Below are positions 1 through 12,223 of a DNA stretch of 64,000 nt, one piece after another. Within the stretch, counting starts at the first letter, position 1, and each line of letters begins with the position of its first letter. Location: contig NC_043004.1 of NCBI RefSeq assembly GCF_006345805.1, positions 50,778,001 through 50,842,000 on the forward strand, read 5' to 3'. A model generated the notes under the pieces. It was not told where the DNA came from. It saw only the letters and a program-made list of their open reading frames with translations, and searched no databases. The stretch comes from Octopus sinensis (lineage: Eukaryota). Both the position numbers and the translations under genes were made by a program.

Positions 1-1320
1 TCCGTAATGGGAGAGATTGCCTGACGCAGCTACTGCATCATTTTGATGACATTTTGAGAGCCTTGGGAGAGGGTTCCAACACTGATGTCATCTACCTTGA
101 TTTCAGCAAGGCCTTTGACAGGGTTGATCATAAGATCCTTCTGAGAAAGCTGTCCAATATTGGTGTCACACTGGAAAGCTGCTGCAATGGATCAAGTGCT
201 TCCTCTCTAACAGAACCCAACATGTTGTAGTCGAGGAGTCAAATCCAGCCCAGCCAAAGTCAGCAGTGGTGTCCCACAAGGCACTGTGTTGGGCCCACTT
301 CTCTTCATCATCTACATAAATGATATTACTGACACCATCAAACACAGCAACATCAGAACCTTCGCTGATGATTCCAAGCTCCAGAAGGTCATCAATGGCG
401 TGGATGACCGAATAAACCTTCAGTCACCTACTGGCTGTTGTCCAATGGCGGAAAAGAATAACATGTTGCTAAATGAAGACAAATTCGAACTGATCCACTT
501 TGGAAAGGAGGACGCTCTGAAACTCCCATACTCTCTTCCTTCTGGAGAAATTCTCATGGCATCCAACAACATCAGAGACCTGGGAGTAACAGTGGACAAC
601 AACATAAGCTGGGCTACACATATAAGCAGCAAAGTTGACATGGCCCGCAGAATGTGTTCCTGGATTCTCAGAACCTTCCAGTCGAGAGATTCCCACGCTA
701 TTATCCTTCTCTTCTCCACTTTTGCCCGACCCCATCTTGAATACTGCTGTCCACTGTGGTCTCCCTACACAAAACAAAATATTATGAGAATTGAAGCTCC
801 CCAAAGGTCAATCACAAAAAGATAGATGGCATGTCAGACCTTGACTACTGGGGTAGACTAGAGAAGCTGAAATTGTATTCACTCCAACGACGCCGTGAAC
901 GCTACATTATCTGTATGATGTGGAAAATATTCCATCAGCACTGTCCGAATGATGTTGGCATCACCTTCAAAATGCATCCAAGGCTTGGACCACGTTCCAT
1001 CCGTCCACAACAAAAATCTAAATCGCATCACATAACGACAATACGGCACAACTATTTCACCTCATTTGGACCTGCTCTCTTCAACATTACACCAGGACAC
1101 GTAAAAAAAGAAACTGACCACACAAAATTCAAGAAGTCTTTGGACAAATTCCTTCAAACAGTACCGGACAAACCACCCACACCCGGATATGTCTCCGCAA
1201 ACAATAACTCTCTGCTCGAATGGGCCTTGGTGCCCAAATCCTGAACTGAAAGACTTCGCCAGGTGGTGCTATTAAGTTAGACATGGCCTGGGCCAATACT
1301 GGCCAAAAACCTTTCTAAGT
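1..1320 (+). mobile_element. CR1-group LINE, 3' part (RT C-terminal half + 3' UTR), frameshifted
   Basis: Frame-hopping translation gives DVIYLDFSKAFDRVDH, VPQGTVLGPLLFIIYINDI, FADD, RPHLEYCCPLWSP and LYSLQRRRERY. Frameshifts lie near 170, 235, 425-445 and 820. A 3' UTR stem-loop ggcca-atac-tggcc precedes the (TA)n tract. Confidence 0.9.
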
Positions 1321-1410
<90 letters not shown>

Positions 1411-1413
1411 TAT
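1320..1413. repeat. (TA)n microsatellite
   Basis: Directly visible. It is one of dozens of (TA)n, (TACA)n, (CA)n and (GATA)n tracts (e.g. 1770-2048, 2592-2960, 3250-3997) that generate the YI/HT/VC ORFs. Confidence 0.98.
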
Positions 1414-1708
1414 AATAATAGTTATCGCCATACTAATATGGCATTCTTATAAAAATAAGAATAAAGCTGTCCGCTTATTAGCTCCATGAGGCCATCGCCT
1501 TAAGTTAGCTATTTGATACACAAACTGTATCCATATACCTTCGAACAAGTAGTGTGGAGCGACTGACCTCCCTTGTTCGAAGTTTATATGGATACAGTTT
1601 GTGTATCAAATAGCTAACTTAAGGCGATGGCCTCATGGAGCTAATAAGCGGACAGCTTTATTCTTATTTTTATAAGAATGCCATATTAGTATGGCGATAA
1701 CTATTATT
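1414..1708. repeat. Fold-back inverted repeat (~136 bp arms, 22 nt loop) between (TA)n tracts
   Basis: 1414-1549 is the reverse complement of ~1572-1708, with one small difference near the loop. Confidence 0.95.
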
Positions 1709-1835
1709 TTCCGGGAACGCTGCCGCTGTTCTCTTTTAGAGAGACTTAGTAATTTTAATATTTCTATTATACATATATATATATACATACATATATATAA
1801 TATATATATATATATATTATATATATATATATATA

Positions 1836-1874
<39 letters not shown>

Positions 1875-1905
1875 ATATATATATATATATATATTATAAT
1901 ATATG

Positions 1906-1958
<53 letters not shown>

Positions 1959-1975
1959 ATATATATATATTATAT

Positions 1976-2043
<68 letters not shown>

Positions 2044-2048
2044 ATATA

Positions 2049-2591
2049 CAGGGTGGGGCAAAATGACATGACACATTTGTAGGTTCAATAAAAGCAAAAT
2101 AGAGAAAATAATTTTTAAAATGTTTTTATTTTCCAAACCTACATATAATGCCATTTTGTTTCATTTTATTTTTTCAATTATATTGGTCAAATGTTTGCTG
2201 TTATTGTCCACATTCTGTCGAAGACGTTCGCGAAACTTGTCCATTACTCGACGTGTCATTTCACGTGCAGTGGCAACAATGTCTTGACGAATGGCATCTT
2301 TTAATTGTTCAATGGATTGAGAGCAACGAGCGTATAATTTTGATTTCAAATATGCCCTAAAAAATCGCACGAGTTCAAATCAGGTGATCGGGCGGGCCAA
2401 ACGATATCACCGCATAACCAGATCAGATGACTGGGGAACATCTTCCTCAAAACGCTCGCCCATCCTTAAAACAAAATGAAACAAAATGGTATTATACGTA
2501 CATTTGGAAAACGCAAACACTTTTTATATTATTTATTCTTTCTCGCTTCTATTAATCCCTCAAATGTGTCAGATCATTTTGCCCCACCCTG
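2049..2591 (-). mobile_element. Tc1/mariner-superfamily internal-deletion derivative
   Basis: TIRs cagggtggggcaaaatga.../...tcattttgccccaccctg with TA on both sides. Minus-strand remnant WPARSPDLNSCDF...YLKSKLY...IEQLKDAIRQ. Confidence 0.9.
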
Positions 2592-2744
2592 TATATATAT
2601 ACATATATATATACATACATACAGATATATACATATATATATATATATACATATATATACATATATATATATATATACATACATATATATACATTTATAT
2701 ATATACATACATATATATACATATATATATATACATATATATAC

Positions 2745-2775
<31 letters not shown>

Positions 2776-2850
2776 CATACATATATATACATTTATATAT
2801 ATACATACATATATATACATATATATATACATACATATATATACATATAT

Positions 2851-2891
<41 letters not shown>

Positions 2892-2925
2892 CATATATAT
2901 ATATACATACATATATATATATACA

Positions 2926-2956
<31 letters not shown>

Positions 2957-2960
2957 ATAT

Positions 2961-3248
2961 AACGTGATCACGTGATCGACCAGACTATCAGATGTTGTTA
3001 CACATCGCTGGTCATTGTTTTAACCTTCGAATGACGCCACCCCGCTGGCTAAGCGAGCAGGCCAACAGAAGAAAGAGTGGGAGAAAGATTGGTGAAAGAG
3101 TACAGCAGGGATCACCAGCCCCTGCCGGAGCCTCGTGGGGCTTTTAGGTGTTTTTGCTCAATAAACACTCACTACGCCCGGTCTGTTAATCGAAACCGCG
3201 ATCCTGCGACCGCGAGTCCGCTGCCCTAACCACTAGGCCATTGCGCCT

Positions 3249-3250
<2 letters not shown>
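2961..3250 (-). mobile_element. tRNA-derived SINE (family C head, variant 3' tail)
   Basis: Head ggaggcgcaatggcctagtggttagggcagcggactcgcggtcg with A and B boxes. Same variant as 38231-38515. Confidence 0.85.
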
Positions 3251-3309
<59 letters not shown>

Positions 3310-3768
3310 CATACATATATATATATACATACATATATATACATATATATACATACATATATACATACATATATATATATACATACATATATACATAAGA
3401 ATGAATGTTTTTATATATAATGAACGTGAAATACAGGAAGGGACGAACACGGAACACAGACAAATCATTCGAAGCCTTCAATCTTCAGTCAGACACCGAA
3501 TCATCATAGCAAATTTCGGCTAAGAAAAAAAACTAAGCTGTAAGCATTAGATTTCTTGGTAGAAGACAGGAATGTGAACGCACAAGACGGATGTGAATAC
3601 AAGAGACGAAAACGAAATTGAAAACAGTAATGAATAAACAAAATATATATAACGGTGGTTGTCATACGACTTTAGACCAAATGAGACAAAAACAACAACA
3701 ACAACATATATATACATACATATATATATACATACATATATATATACATACATATATATATACATACA

Positions 3769-3808
<40 letters not shown>

Positions 3809-3956
3809 CATACATATATATATACATACATATATATATATATATATTACATACATATATATATATATACATACATATAATATACATACATACATATATA
3901 CATACATATATACATACATACATACATACATATATATATATATATATTATATATAT

Positions 3957-3987
<31 letters not shown>

Positions 3988-3997
3988 TATAATATAT

Positions 3998-4406
3998 GGT
4001 GGCTGTGTGGTAAGTAGCTTGCTAACCAACCACATGGTTCCGGGTTCAGTCCCACTGCGTGGCATCTTAGGCAAGTGTCTTCTACTATAGCCTCGGGCCG
4101 ACCAATGCCTTGTGAGTGGATTTGGTAGACGGAAACTGAAAGAAGCCTGTCGTATATATGTATACATATGTATGTATGTATATGTTTGTGTGTCTGTGTT
4201 TGTCCCACTAGCATTGCTTGACAACCGATGCTGGTGTGTTTACGTCCCCGTCACTTAGCGGTTCGGCAAAAGACACCGATAGAATAAGTACTGGACTTAC
4301 AAAGAATAAGTCCCGGGGTCGATTTGCTCGACTAAAGGCGGTGCTCTAGCATGGGCGCAGTCAAATGACTGAAACAAGTAAAAGAGTAAAAGAGTAGAGA
4401 GTAAAG
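3998..4406 (+). mobile_element. tRNA-derived SINE family A (CORE-like), full length
   Basis: ggctgtgtggtaagtagcttgc...ccgggttcagtccc...ggcaagtgtcttct...aagtaaaagagtaaaagag tail. More than 15 further copies or fragments occur in the window. Confidence 0.9.
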
Positions 4407-4754
4407 AATATATATATATATATATATACATACACACACACACATGCTGAACAGCTGTTAGTTACGGGGCCGTTCATACATCAACAGCTGTTGTCAAGTG
4501 ACAGCGGGGGACAAACATAGACACAATCAACCCCCCACATACATACGACGATCTCCTTTCAGTTTCTGTGTATCAAATCTATTCAGAAAGTTTTGCTCGG
4601 CCCGAGGCAACAGTAGATGACACTTGCCTAAGGTGCCACGAAGTGGAACTGAACTCGGAACCATGTGATCGGAAGGCATACCTCAGCCGCGCCTTAAGAT
4701 GAAAGCAAATTATGACGCAAGAATGATATTTGTAAGTAATAAAGATAATTTAAT

Positions 4755-5048
4755 CCTATTACGAAATATCACGAATGATGAAATATTCTTTCCTTATTTC
4801 GTCTTCTTTCTGACATTTCAGATACAGCGTGGTACAATAGTATTTTATACACATGCGGATTTGTCATCAGAAAGGAAGACCGTCATGTGACCATATATTT
4901 TCTATCGGGACCTGGTCACATGACGGTCTTCCTTTCTGATGACAAATCCGCATGTGTATAAAATACTATTGTACCACGCTGTATCTGAAATGTCAGAATA
5001 TTTCATCATTCGTGATATTTCGTAATAGGTCCCGATAGAAAATATATG
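4755..5048. repeat. Complex nested inverted duplication containing a hammerhead-like motif
   Basis: 4808-4893 is the reverse complement of 4913-4998; 4755-4788 of 4996-5029; 4892-4912 of 5028-5048. ctgatga at 4936 and gaaatgtc at 4987. Confidence 0.85.
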
Positions 5049-5344
5049 AAGTCAGATAAAAAGAAGAAAATTACAACTAGGATCAGACCTAGACCTAGTG
5101 AGGGCTCTGGGTCGAATGCATTTAGGGTCTCTGAATAGATTTGATACACAGAAAAGGGCCCCTTTAAAACTAGGGGTTCCAAACGATTTGAAGAGGCCCC
5201 AAACCTCAAAAGGGTCTTGGTAGATTCAGAGGGACTCAGTTAGATTTAATGACATCTGAAATCTAAAATGGCTCCAAAAAATCAAAAGGGAGATCAATAA
5301 TTTTAAAAAGGACTCTATTATATTGATTTAAAACTTTGGTACAA

Positions 5345-5520
5345 AGCCAGCAGTTGGCGAGTAGGGGGATAAGTCGATTGTATCGACCTCAGTACTCAAC
5401 TGGTACTAATTTTATCAACCCCGAAAAGATGAAAGGCAAAGTCGACTTGAGCGGAATTTAAACCCAAAAGGTAAAGACGAACGAAATATCGCTTAGCATT
5501 TCACCTGGCGTACTGAAGAA
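5345..5520 (-). mobile_element. SINE family B fragment
   Basis: Reverse complement of the gtcgactttgcctttcatc...gggtcgataaa...gtaccag core shared with other family B copies. Confidence 0.75.
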
Positions 5521-5826
5521 TCTGTATCACTGCTGTTTGGAGGTAAAGCGATATCAAAGGGATTCTGTATCAAGTTTCGAGAAGTATAATATTGACATGT
5601 GTATTTTTGTAAACAGATTTCAGCTTACCTGTAATTTATAAGATGTATTCCTTGTTTCTTATATACATCATTTATAACGGTACAAATTCTTATTTTTGTT
5701 GGACTTTTGATCAGGATAGTATGTGTACATACACATAGATGTGCAAATGTGTATATACACATATACACATAGATTCATACCTACAAAATGTATACATATA
5801 AATACGTACGTACGTACATACATACC

Positions 5827-5883
<57 letters not shown>

Positions 5884-5910
5884 AAATACACGTACATATA
5901 TACATACACA

Positions 5911-7400
5911 TACGAGTGTGGTATCAAAAAGTTCCCGGGATCTTTTCCTTTTGAACGGCACTTTTCAACACAATTTCTAGTTAATAAACATTTTAATTTA
6001 AACTTCGTATACTGGTAGAATGTGTTTATAAAACATCATTTTTTCTTGGCTTTATTGAGAAAATTCTATATGTTGTAACATATTTCGTCTTTATTTCGAG
6101 CATTTCGGCATTTTAACCAATCGCTTACGTCCATTTAGGTAATAACATTCTGTGCATAATGAATATGTCCCTCCTTTAAGAAACAGATTGGGTTTATTTA
6201 CATTTGTGAAGAAAAAAGATACCCTTCCCCCACCACTAAGCATAACCCTAACCCTAACTAACCCTAACTCTCACCCTAAATCTAAAATAGATTGAAATGC
6301 AATAGATCGATACTAGGGTTATAATTATGGGTGACAATTTCATACGACACCGCTACGGAAAATGGGATTTTTTTCTAGCGGTGTGAAATGAAAATGTCAC
6401 CCATAATTATAACCCTAGTATCGATCTATTGCATTTCAATCTATTTTAGATTTAGGGTTAGGGGTTGGGGAAGGGTATCTTTTTTTCTTCACAAATGTAA
6501 ATAAACTCAATCTGTTTCTTAAAGAAGGGACATATTAATTATGCATAGAATGTTATTTACCTAAATGGACGTAACGATTGGTTAAAATTGCCGAAATGCT
6601 CGAAATTAAAGACGAAATATCTTACAACCTATAGAATTTTCTCAATAAAGCCAAGAGAAAATGATGTTTTATAAACACATTCTACCAGTATACGAAGTTT
6701 AAAACTTTTTAGTTACCTAGAAATTATGTTACAAAGTGCCGTTCAAAAGGAAAAGATCCAGTTCCCGGACTAATTATGTTTAATAAAAAAAACAACTTAT
6801 TTACCTAAGTTTTAGCATCATCTCCTTCGAAATAGTCACCTTGCGCAGCACTACACAGGTCGTTTTCTGTAAGAAGACCTACGAATCGCCCTGGATCTCG
6901 ACATCTGTGTTAAAACAGTGACCTTTGAGCTGCAGTTTCATTTTGGGGAAGAGATGGAAGTTTGCAAGTGCTAAATCCGGTGAATAGGGTAAGTGTGGAA
7001 GCGATGCCATGTTGTTTTTGGCGAGACTGAGGGGAGCTCGGTGACAGGGTGCAGTGTCATCGTGAAGAATCCGGTTCTTCGGGCTCCACATGTCTGGTCG
7101 CTCTCACCGAATGTCCACCCTCAAACGCTTCAAAACGTTGCAGTAGAACACCCGATTGACGGCCTGGCTCTGGGAGATGAATCCTCGATGCACAATACCA
7201 CATTTCCAAGTGTGACGCTCACGGCAGGTCTTCCAGATCACTCATCGTCTTTCAGGGACCTTTTTTGATTTGAAGCGCCTGTGCCACTCGAGACATTGCG
7301 TACGACCTATTGCCTCGTCCCCGTAAGCTTGCCAATGCATGCTCAATGTCTCTGTAGCAGACTTCCAAAGTTTAACGCATATTTCACGTTGGCTCTTTAT
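5911..7400 (-). mobile_element. mariner remnant (interrupted by a MITE in its TIR)
   Basis: TIR tacgagtgtggtatcaaaaagttcccg|gact. Minus-strand ORF HDDTAPCH...HLPYSPDLALANFHLFPKMK resembles mariner HDNA...YSPDLAP. Confidence 0.85.
5938..6759. mobile_element. 822 bp palindromic MITE with GG...CC termini and 8 bp TSD (Merlin- or Mutator-like)
   Basis: Near-whole-length imperfect inverted repeat, ggatcttttccttttgaacggcac.../...gtgccgttcaaaaggaaaagatcc. TSD agttcccg at 5930-5937 and 6760-6767. Internal TAACCC-like repeats. Confidence 0.9.
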
Positions 7401-7479
7401 TCCTGCCCAGGATGTGACGCTCTGTTTTGGTTGTACTTTTCTGGTCGGTATATCTATATTTTTGACGAATCCTTTTCTT

Positions 7480-8928
7480 GAATTTTTTTTTTTATATCGT
7501 GTTTCAGGTTTATCACTCTTTGGTATTCTTCTGCCACGGACTGTAAGTTTAGATCTTGGTTCGCTTGTTTTAATTTAGAAAGAATTCTTGCCCGAATTTC
7601 TGTATCTTCGCTTGCCGTAAGATCTTGTTCAGAAATAGGACACTTGAACCTCTCAGGTGTAAGTTCTTTGAGCTTAAAACTTTCATACATCCTATCGACT
7701 GTTCCTGCGTATTTGATAAAATCATCATTCTCTTTTTTCGTTATATTCCAACACTCCATTCGAGTGTTAAATAGAGAAGTTTTATCACCGAATATGTTAG
7801 ACAGTAATTTTATTGTTTCTTTAAAACAAATTTCATTGGGGTTTTGGGCAATATGAAATTACAGTAATGTTCAAGCTCTAACGGAGCTAATTTTCGCAAT
7901 AACAATCCCCCATTTTGTTCGTCCGACCATAATTTGCAATCTTGCTTAAAAATCTTCTCGTACGTTCTGTAGTACGATGCGTGGAGGCGTAATGGCCCAG
8001 TGGTTAGGGCAGCGGACTCGCGGTCGTAGGATCGCGGTTTCGATTCCCAGACCGGGCGTTGTGAGTGTTTATTGAGCGAAAACACCTAAAGCTCCACGAG
8101 GCTCCGGCAGGGATGGTGGTGATCCCTGCTGTACTGTTTCACCACAACTTTCTCTCACTCTTACTTCCTGTTTCTGTTGTACCTGTATTTCAAAGGGCCG
8201 GCCTTGTCACTCTCTGTGTCACGCTGAATATCCCCGAGAACTACGTTAAGGGTACACGTGTCTGTGGAGTGCTCAGCCACTTGCACGTTAATTTCACGAG
8301 CAGGCTGTTCCGTTGATCGGATCAACCGGAACCCTCGTCGTCGTAAACGACGGAGTGCTTCCATTCCAGTACGATGCAAAAGTTATACCTTCCTCTAGTT
8401 TATTACTGAATTCATTAATCGAGTTCGAAACGCCGTCTGGCGAAAATGAACTTACTTCATTTTGGGATTTCTTTGAATATATCTCCATAATTGTTGTTGT
8501 AGTTGTTGCTGTACTAGTTACTTCTGCAACTCCTGTGCTGCTCTTGTTGTTGCTTTTGCAATTGTACTATTGAAGCTAATAGGTCTTCCATTATTTAACA
8601 AGTTGCACCACGAACAGATTATTAAATAACCTACGTGAGTTTCGAAAACCTCGTCGCCAGATGTTGTAACGTAAGTTGTTACGTACAATAAATAAGATAA
8701 CCAGACAACTGTGAAAACAATGTAACGAGCTAAGAAATCTCTTGACGAATCAACAATCGATATTCCTCGTGAACTAACCAGTTGACACCTTCCGACTTCA
8801 CTGCAAACTAATCCAAACTTCATTCGATTCCGAACTCCGAACCTCGAACTCACTCGGATCGTTACTATTTATACTTTACTCGGACCAGTCTATTTCTCGC
8901 ATGAGGGGGTCGTAACTCTCAACACAAC

Positions 8929-8965
<37 letters not shown>

Positions 8966-9105
8966 TAGATAGATAGATAGATAGATAGACAGACAGACTT
9001 TTAATCCGATGATGGAATAGGCTGCCACTAAAATGCCGTCTACGACTGCTTGCAGAGAATTGGAATAACTGCACATTTGTTCTTGAAGCTGCTGTAAGGG
9101 ACACA
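7480..9105 (-). mobile_element. Ty3/gypsy LTR retrotransposon remnant: 5' LTR, PBS, degenerate gag
   Basis: Putative LTR ~9105-8662 ends in CA, followed by PBS tggcgacgagg (8659-8649). The gag ATG at 8591 (MEDLLASIVQLQKQQQ) continues as fragments FSPDGVSNSINEF, LLLRKL..E..YCNFILPK and IRARILSKL...AEEYQRVINLKHD. Confidence 0.8.
7981..8367 (+). mobile_element. tRNA-derived SINE family C with 10 bp TSD, inserted in gypsy gag
   Basis: A box tggcccagtgg, B box ggtttcgattcc. TSD agtacgatgc at 7971-7980 and 8368-8377. Confidence 0.92.
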
Positions 9106-9314
9106 CCTCCTTATCCAGCTCTGGATTTTACCCACGATGACCCACCACCACCAACCCGATAAAAGAAGAGGCAGCGAACGCGCTGTTTTCTGATTGGCTG
9201 AAAATTCTGAAAATTATAAAACTTTGAACACCTGTAATATTTTTGCAAAATTTTTCTGGAATAAATGAATAAGAAATTCGGATTCAGCCTCAAAAATTAC
9301 ATCAATATGATACA

Positions 9315-9525
9315 TCTCTTTCTTTCTTTCTTTTATTTGTTTCAGTCATTTGACTGCGGCCATGCTGGAGCATCGCCTTTAGTCGAGCAAATCGACCTCA
9401 GGACTTATTCTTTGTAAGCCTAGTACTTATTCTATCGGTCTCTCTTGCCGAACCGCTAAGTGACGGGGACGTAAACACACCAGCATCGGTTGTCAAGCGA
9501 TGTTGAGGGGACAAACACAGACACA

Positions 9526-9560
<35 letters not shown>
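9315..9560 (-). mobile_element. SINE family A, 3' half
   Basis: Reverse complement of the family A 3' region (ttgacaaccgatgctggtgtg...gactgaaacaa). Confidence 0.85.
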
Positions 9561-9567
<7 letters not shown>

Positions 9568-10029
9568 TATATATATATATCTGTATATATATGAGGCAAG
9601 ATGTGTGTATGTACGTGATTGTAGTTTATGCACATTCACAAATTAGCACGCATGTTGCTCAAATTTTAGGACATTCGTCACGACCCTAGCTGTATTTTCG
9701 TCAAATTATTTTCCCCCGAGGCACCCACGAACAGCGGGAAATAATTTTGAGCCATAACTTCAATTTTCACAGCAGAGAAATCCATTGCAGTGACGCCATT
9801 ATTTTTGATAAAACATGAGTTAAGTCCCCTTCTAGCGACGCCGTAAAGAGAGGGAGAAAGAGGGAGAGGGAGATTTAAAAAATTTCTTTTAATTGAGTGA
9901 TTGACAGACAAAAATAGACAGGTGTTGTTATGTATGTATGTGTGAATGACCTCAGTCACACACACATACACACACACGAGCATTTATGCGTACAAAACAG
10001 ATGTATGCAATGTGTGTGTTGACCGTATA

Positions 10030-10418
10030 TATATATTTCTCTCTATATAAAGCTGAAGTTGTCTGTGTATGGCAGGTTTGGTAACCTTCAACTAACACTA
10101 TCTCCTCCGAGACCCTGCGGCGCAAGTTGACCAAAATTGAGAGTATGATAGAAGAAGGCTTGCTCTTCCTTCCGTAGAAGAAAAAATTCAAATCGGACCA
10201 TGTTAACACCAAAAATTATTTACATCATAAGGTGCTTTTTTTCTATGAAAATCCCTATTTTTTAACGATTTTTTTATTGCTGTGTCGCCATTTTTCGGTG
10301 TATTTCAACCAGAAAAATGTTCACTTAAAGCTACATAATACAAAATTTTTACTTTTCAAAAATTCCAAATATAAAGGGTCGAAACAAACCCGAGCAATGC
10401 CGGGCGATACTGCTAGTA
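10030..10418 (-). mobile_element. HINE/DINE-1-like non-autonomous Helentron-type element
   Basis: Starts tactagcagtatcgcccggcattgctcggg (sub-terminal hairpin) and ends cagacaacttcagctttatatagag. Same 5' end as 45666. Confidence 0.6.
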
Positions 10419-10419
10419 T

Positions 10420-10592
10420 ATATATATACGACGGACTTCTTTCAGTTTCCGTCTACCAAATCCACTCACAAGGCTTTGGTCGACCCGAGGCTATAGTAGA
10501 AGACACTTGCCCAAGGTGCTATGCAGTGGGACTGAACCCGGAACCATGTGGTTGATAAGCGAGCTACTTACCACACAGCCACTCCTACGCCT
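10420..10592 (-). mobile_element. SINE family A, 5' half
   Basis: Reverse complement of the family A tRNA-like head. Confidence 0.85.
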
Positions 10593-10599
10593 ATAAACT

Positions 10600-11250
10600 G
10601 GACCTCGGTTGAATTTGAACTCAGAACGTAAAGCCAAACAAAATAGCTGTTTCTTTATTACCCACAAGGGGCTAAACATAGAGGGGACAAACAAGGACAG
10701 ACAAACGGATTAAGTCGATTACGTCGACCCCAGTGCGTAATTGGTACTTAATTTATCGATCCCGAAATGTTGAAAGACAAAGTCGACCTCGGCGGAATTT
10801 GAACTCAGAACGTAGCGGCAGACGAAATACCTATTTCTTTACTACCCACATGGGACTAAACACAGAGGGGGCGAACAAGGACAGACAAACGGATTAAGTC
10901 GATTATATCGACCCCAGTGTCTGACAGGTACTTAATTTATCGACCCCGAAAGGATGAAAGGCAAAGTGGACCTCGGCGGAATTTCAAATCAGAACGTAAA
11001 GACAGACGAAATATGTATTTCTTTACTACCCACAAGGGGCTAAACACAGAGAGGACGAACAAGGACAGACAAACGGATTAAGTCGATTAGATCGACCCCA
11101 GTGCGTAAGTGGTACTTAATTTATCGACCCCGAAAAGATGAAAGGCAAAGTGGACCTCGGCGGAATTTGAACTCAGAACGTAACGGCAGACGAATTACCG
11201 CTAAGCATTTCGCCCGGCGTGCTAACGTTTCTGCAAGCTCGCCGCCATCA
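10600..11250 (-). mobile_element. SINE family B: one head plus ~3.3 tandem body units (~180 bp)
   Basis: Head ggcggcgagcttgcagaaacgttagcacgccgggcgaaatg. Body repeats restart at a tatttcgtc junction. Confidence 0.88.
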
Positions 11251-12009
11251 GTTAATTTTTTTTGAAAGATAATTGTAAGCAGTGACGAGACAACAACGAC
11301 AACGACTACGATGACGATGAGAATCATAACGATGAAATATGATGATGACAACGATGGCAATGATGAAGACTTTGATGATGGTGACGACGATGACGAAGAT
11401 TATGACAACCATGACGATGATGACTAGTTTTCTACACTATCATAAAGCAACACATTTTTCCTGAAATCGTCCAAAATGATGTGTTTCAGCTCTCATGATT
11501 CTTTCCGCCATTAATAACGAGGGGGACTCCAGGTGGACAGTTAACCTGTTAAAAATAGCAACCAAACCATCAAAGAGCATTCGGCATTCTTCACACGTAC
11601 CGTACTGTCCTACAAAAAAAAAATGGGAAAAACACATTAGATCATATAGTCCTCGATACACCTTGCCTAGGCTGACCTGCAGTCTAAACACCACCATCAA
11701 TATACGTGATATAAATCAGAATATTAGGATCGATAGCATGTAATTATTTTGAGGTGTCATGTAGCACGATTCAACGGAAATGACAGGAATTATTCCAGTT
11801 GTACCCAGCAGACGACGGTAAAAAAATATGTTGTTAAATGGTGGTAAAAACGTTTGCTCCCAAGCAATATGATTCCGGGTTCAGTTCCATTACGTGACAC
11901 CTTGGACAAGTGTCTTTTACTATTGCCTCGGGCTGACTAAAGCCTTGTGAGTGGATTTGGTAGACTGAAACTGAAAGAAGCCCATCGTATGTATGTATTA
12001 TTTTTATAT

Positions 12010-12188
12010 TTTATGCGTCCTTTTCAAGTCCATCGCAGCGTTACTCATTTTGCTAGCTGAGTGGACTGGAGCAACATGAAATGAAGTGTTTTGCTCAAGA
12101 ACACAACGTGTCGCCCGGTCCAGGAATCAAAACCACAATCTTACGATCATGATGATGACACCCTAACCACTAAGCCACGCGCCTCCAC
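12010..12188 (-). mobile_element. tRNA-derived SINE family D
   Basis: Reverse complement of gtggaggcgcgtggcttagtggttagggtgtc...catgatcgtaagattgtgg. Homologous to 51481-51720, 30980-31120 and 35230-35390. Confidence 0.8.
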
Positions 12189-12223
12189 ATGCATGTATGT
12201 ATTATATATATATATATATATAT

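Noticed and set aside
1691-3968. Many 70-160 aa ORFs rich in YI, HT, MYV or VC (here and throughout)
   Set aside because: They are translations of (TA)n, (TACA)n and (CA)n microsatellites, not genes.
7981-8060. tRNA genes at SINE heads (also 26791, 38231, 50451)
   Set aside because: A and B boxes are present, but each continues into a conserved SINE body with TSDs; not stand-alone tRNAs.
10600-11250. Regularly spaced repeats suggestive of a CRISPR array
   Set aside because: Eukaryotic context; units are ~180 bp SINE bodies without unique spacers.
11282-11428. Asp-rich reading frame (YDDDNDGNDEDFDDG...)
   Set aside because: Degenerate (GAY)n trinucleotide repeat with no start or splice context.
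11440-11700. Minus-strand ORF with an acceptor-like tttttgtag
   Set aside because: No recognisable protein similarity or consistent exon boundaries.
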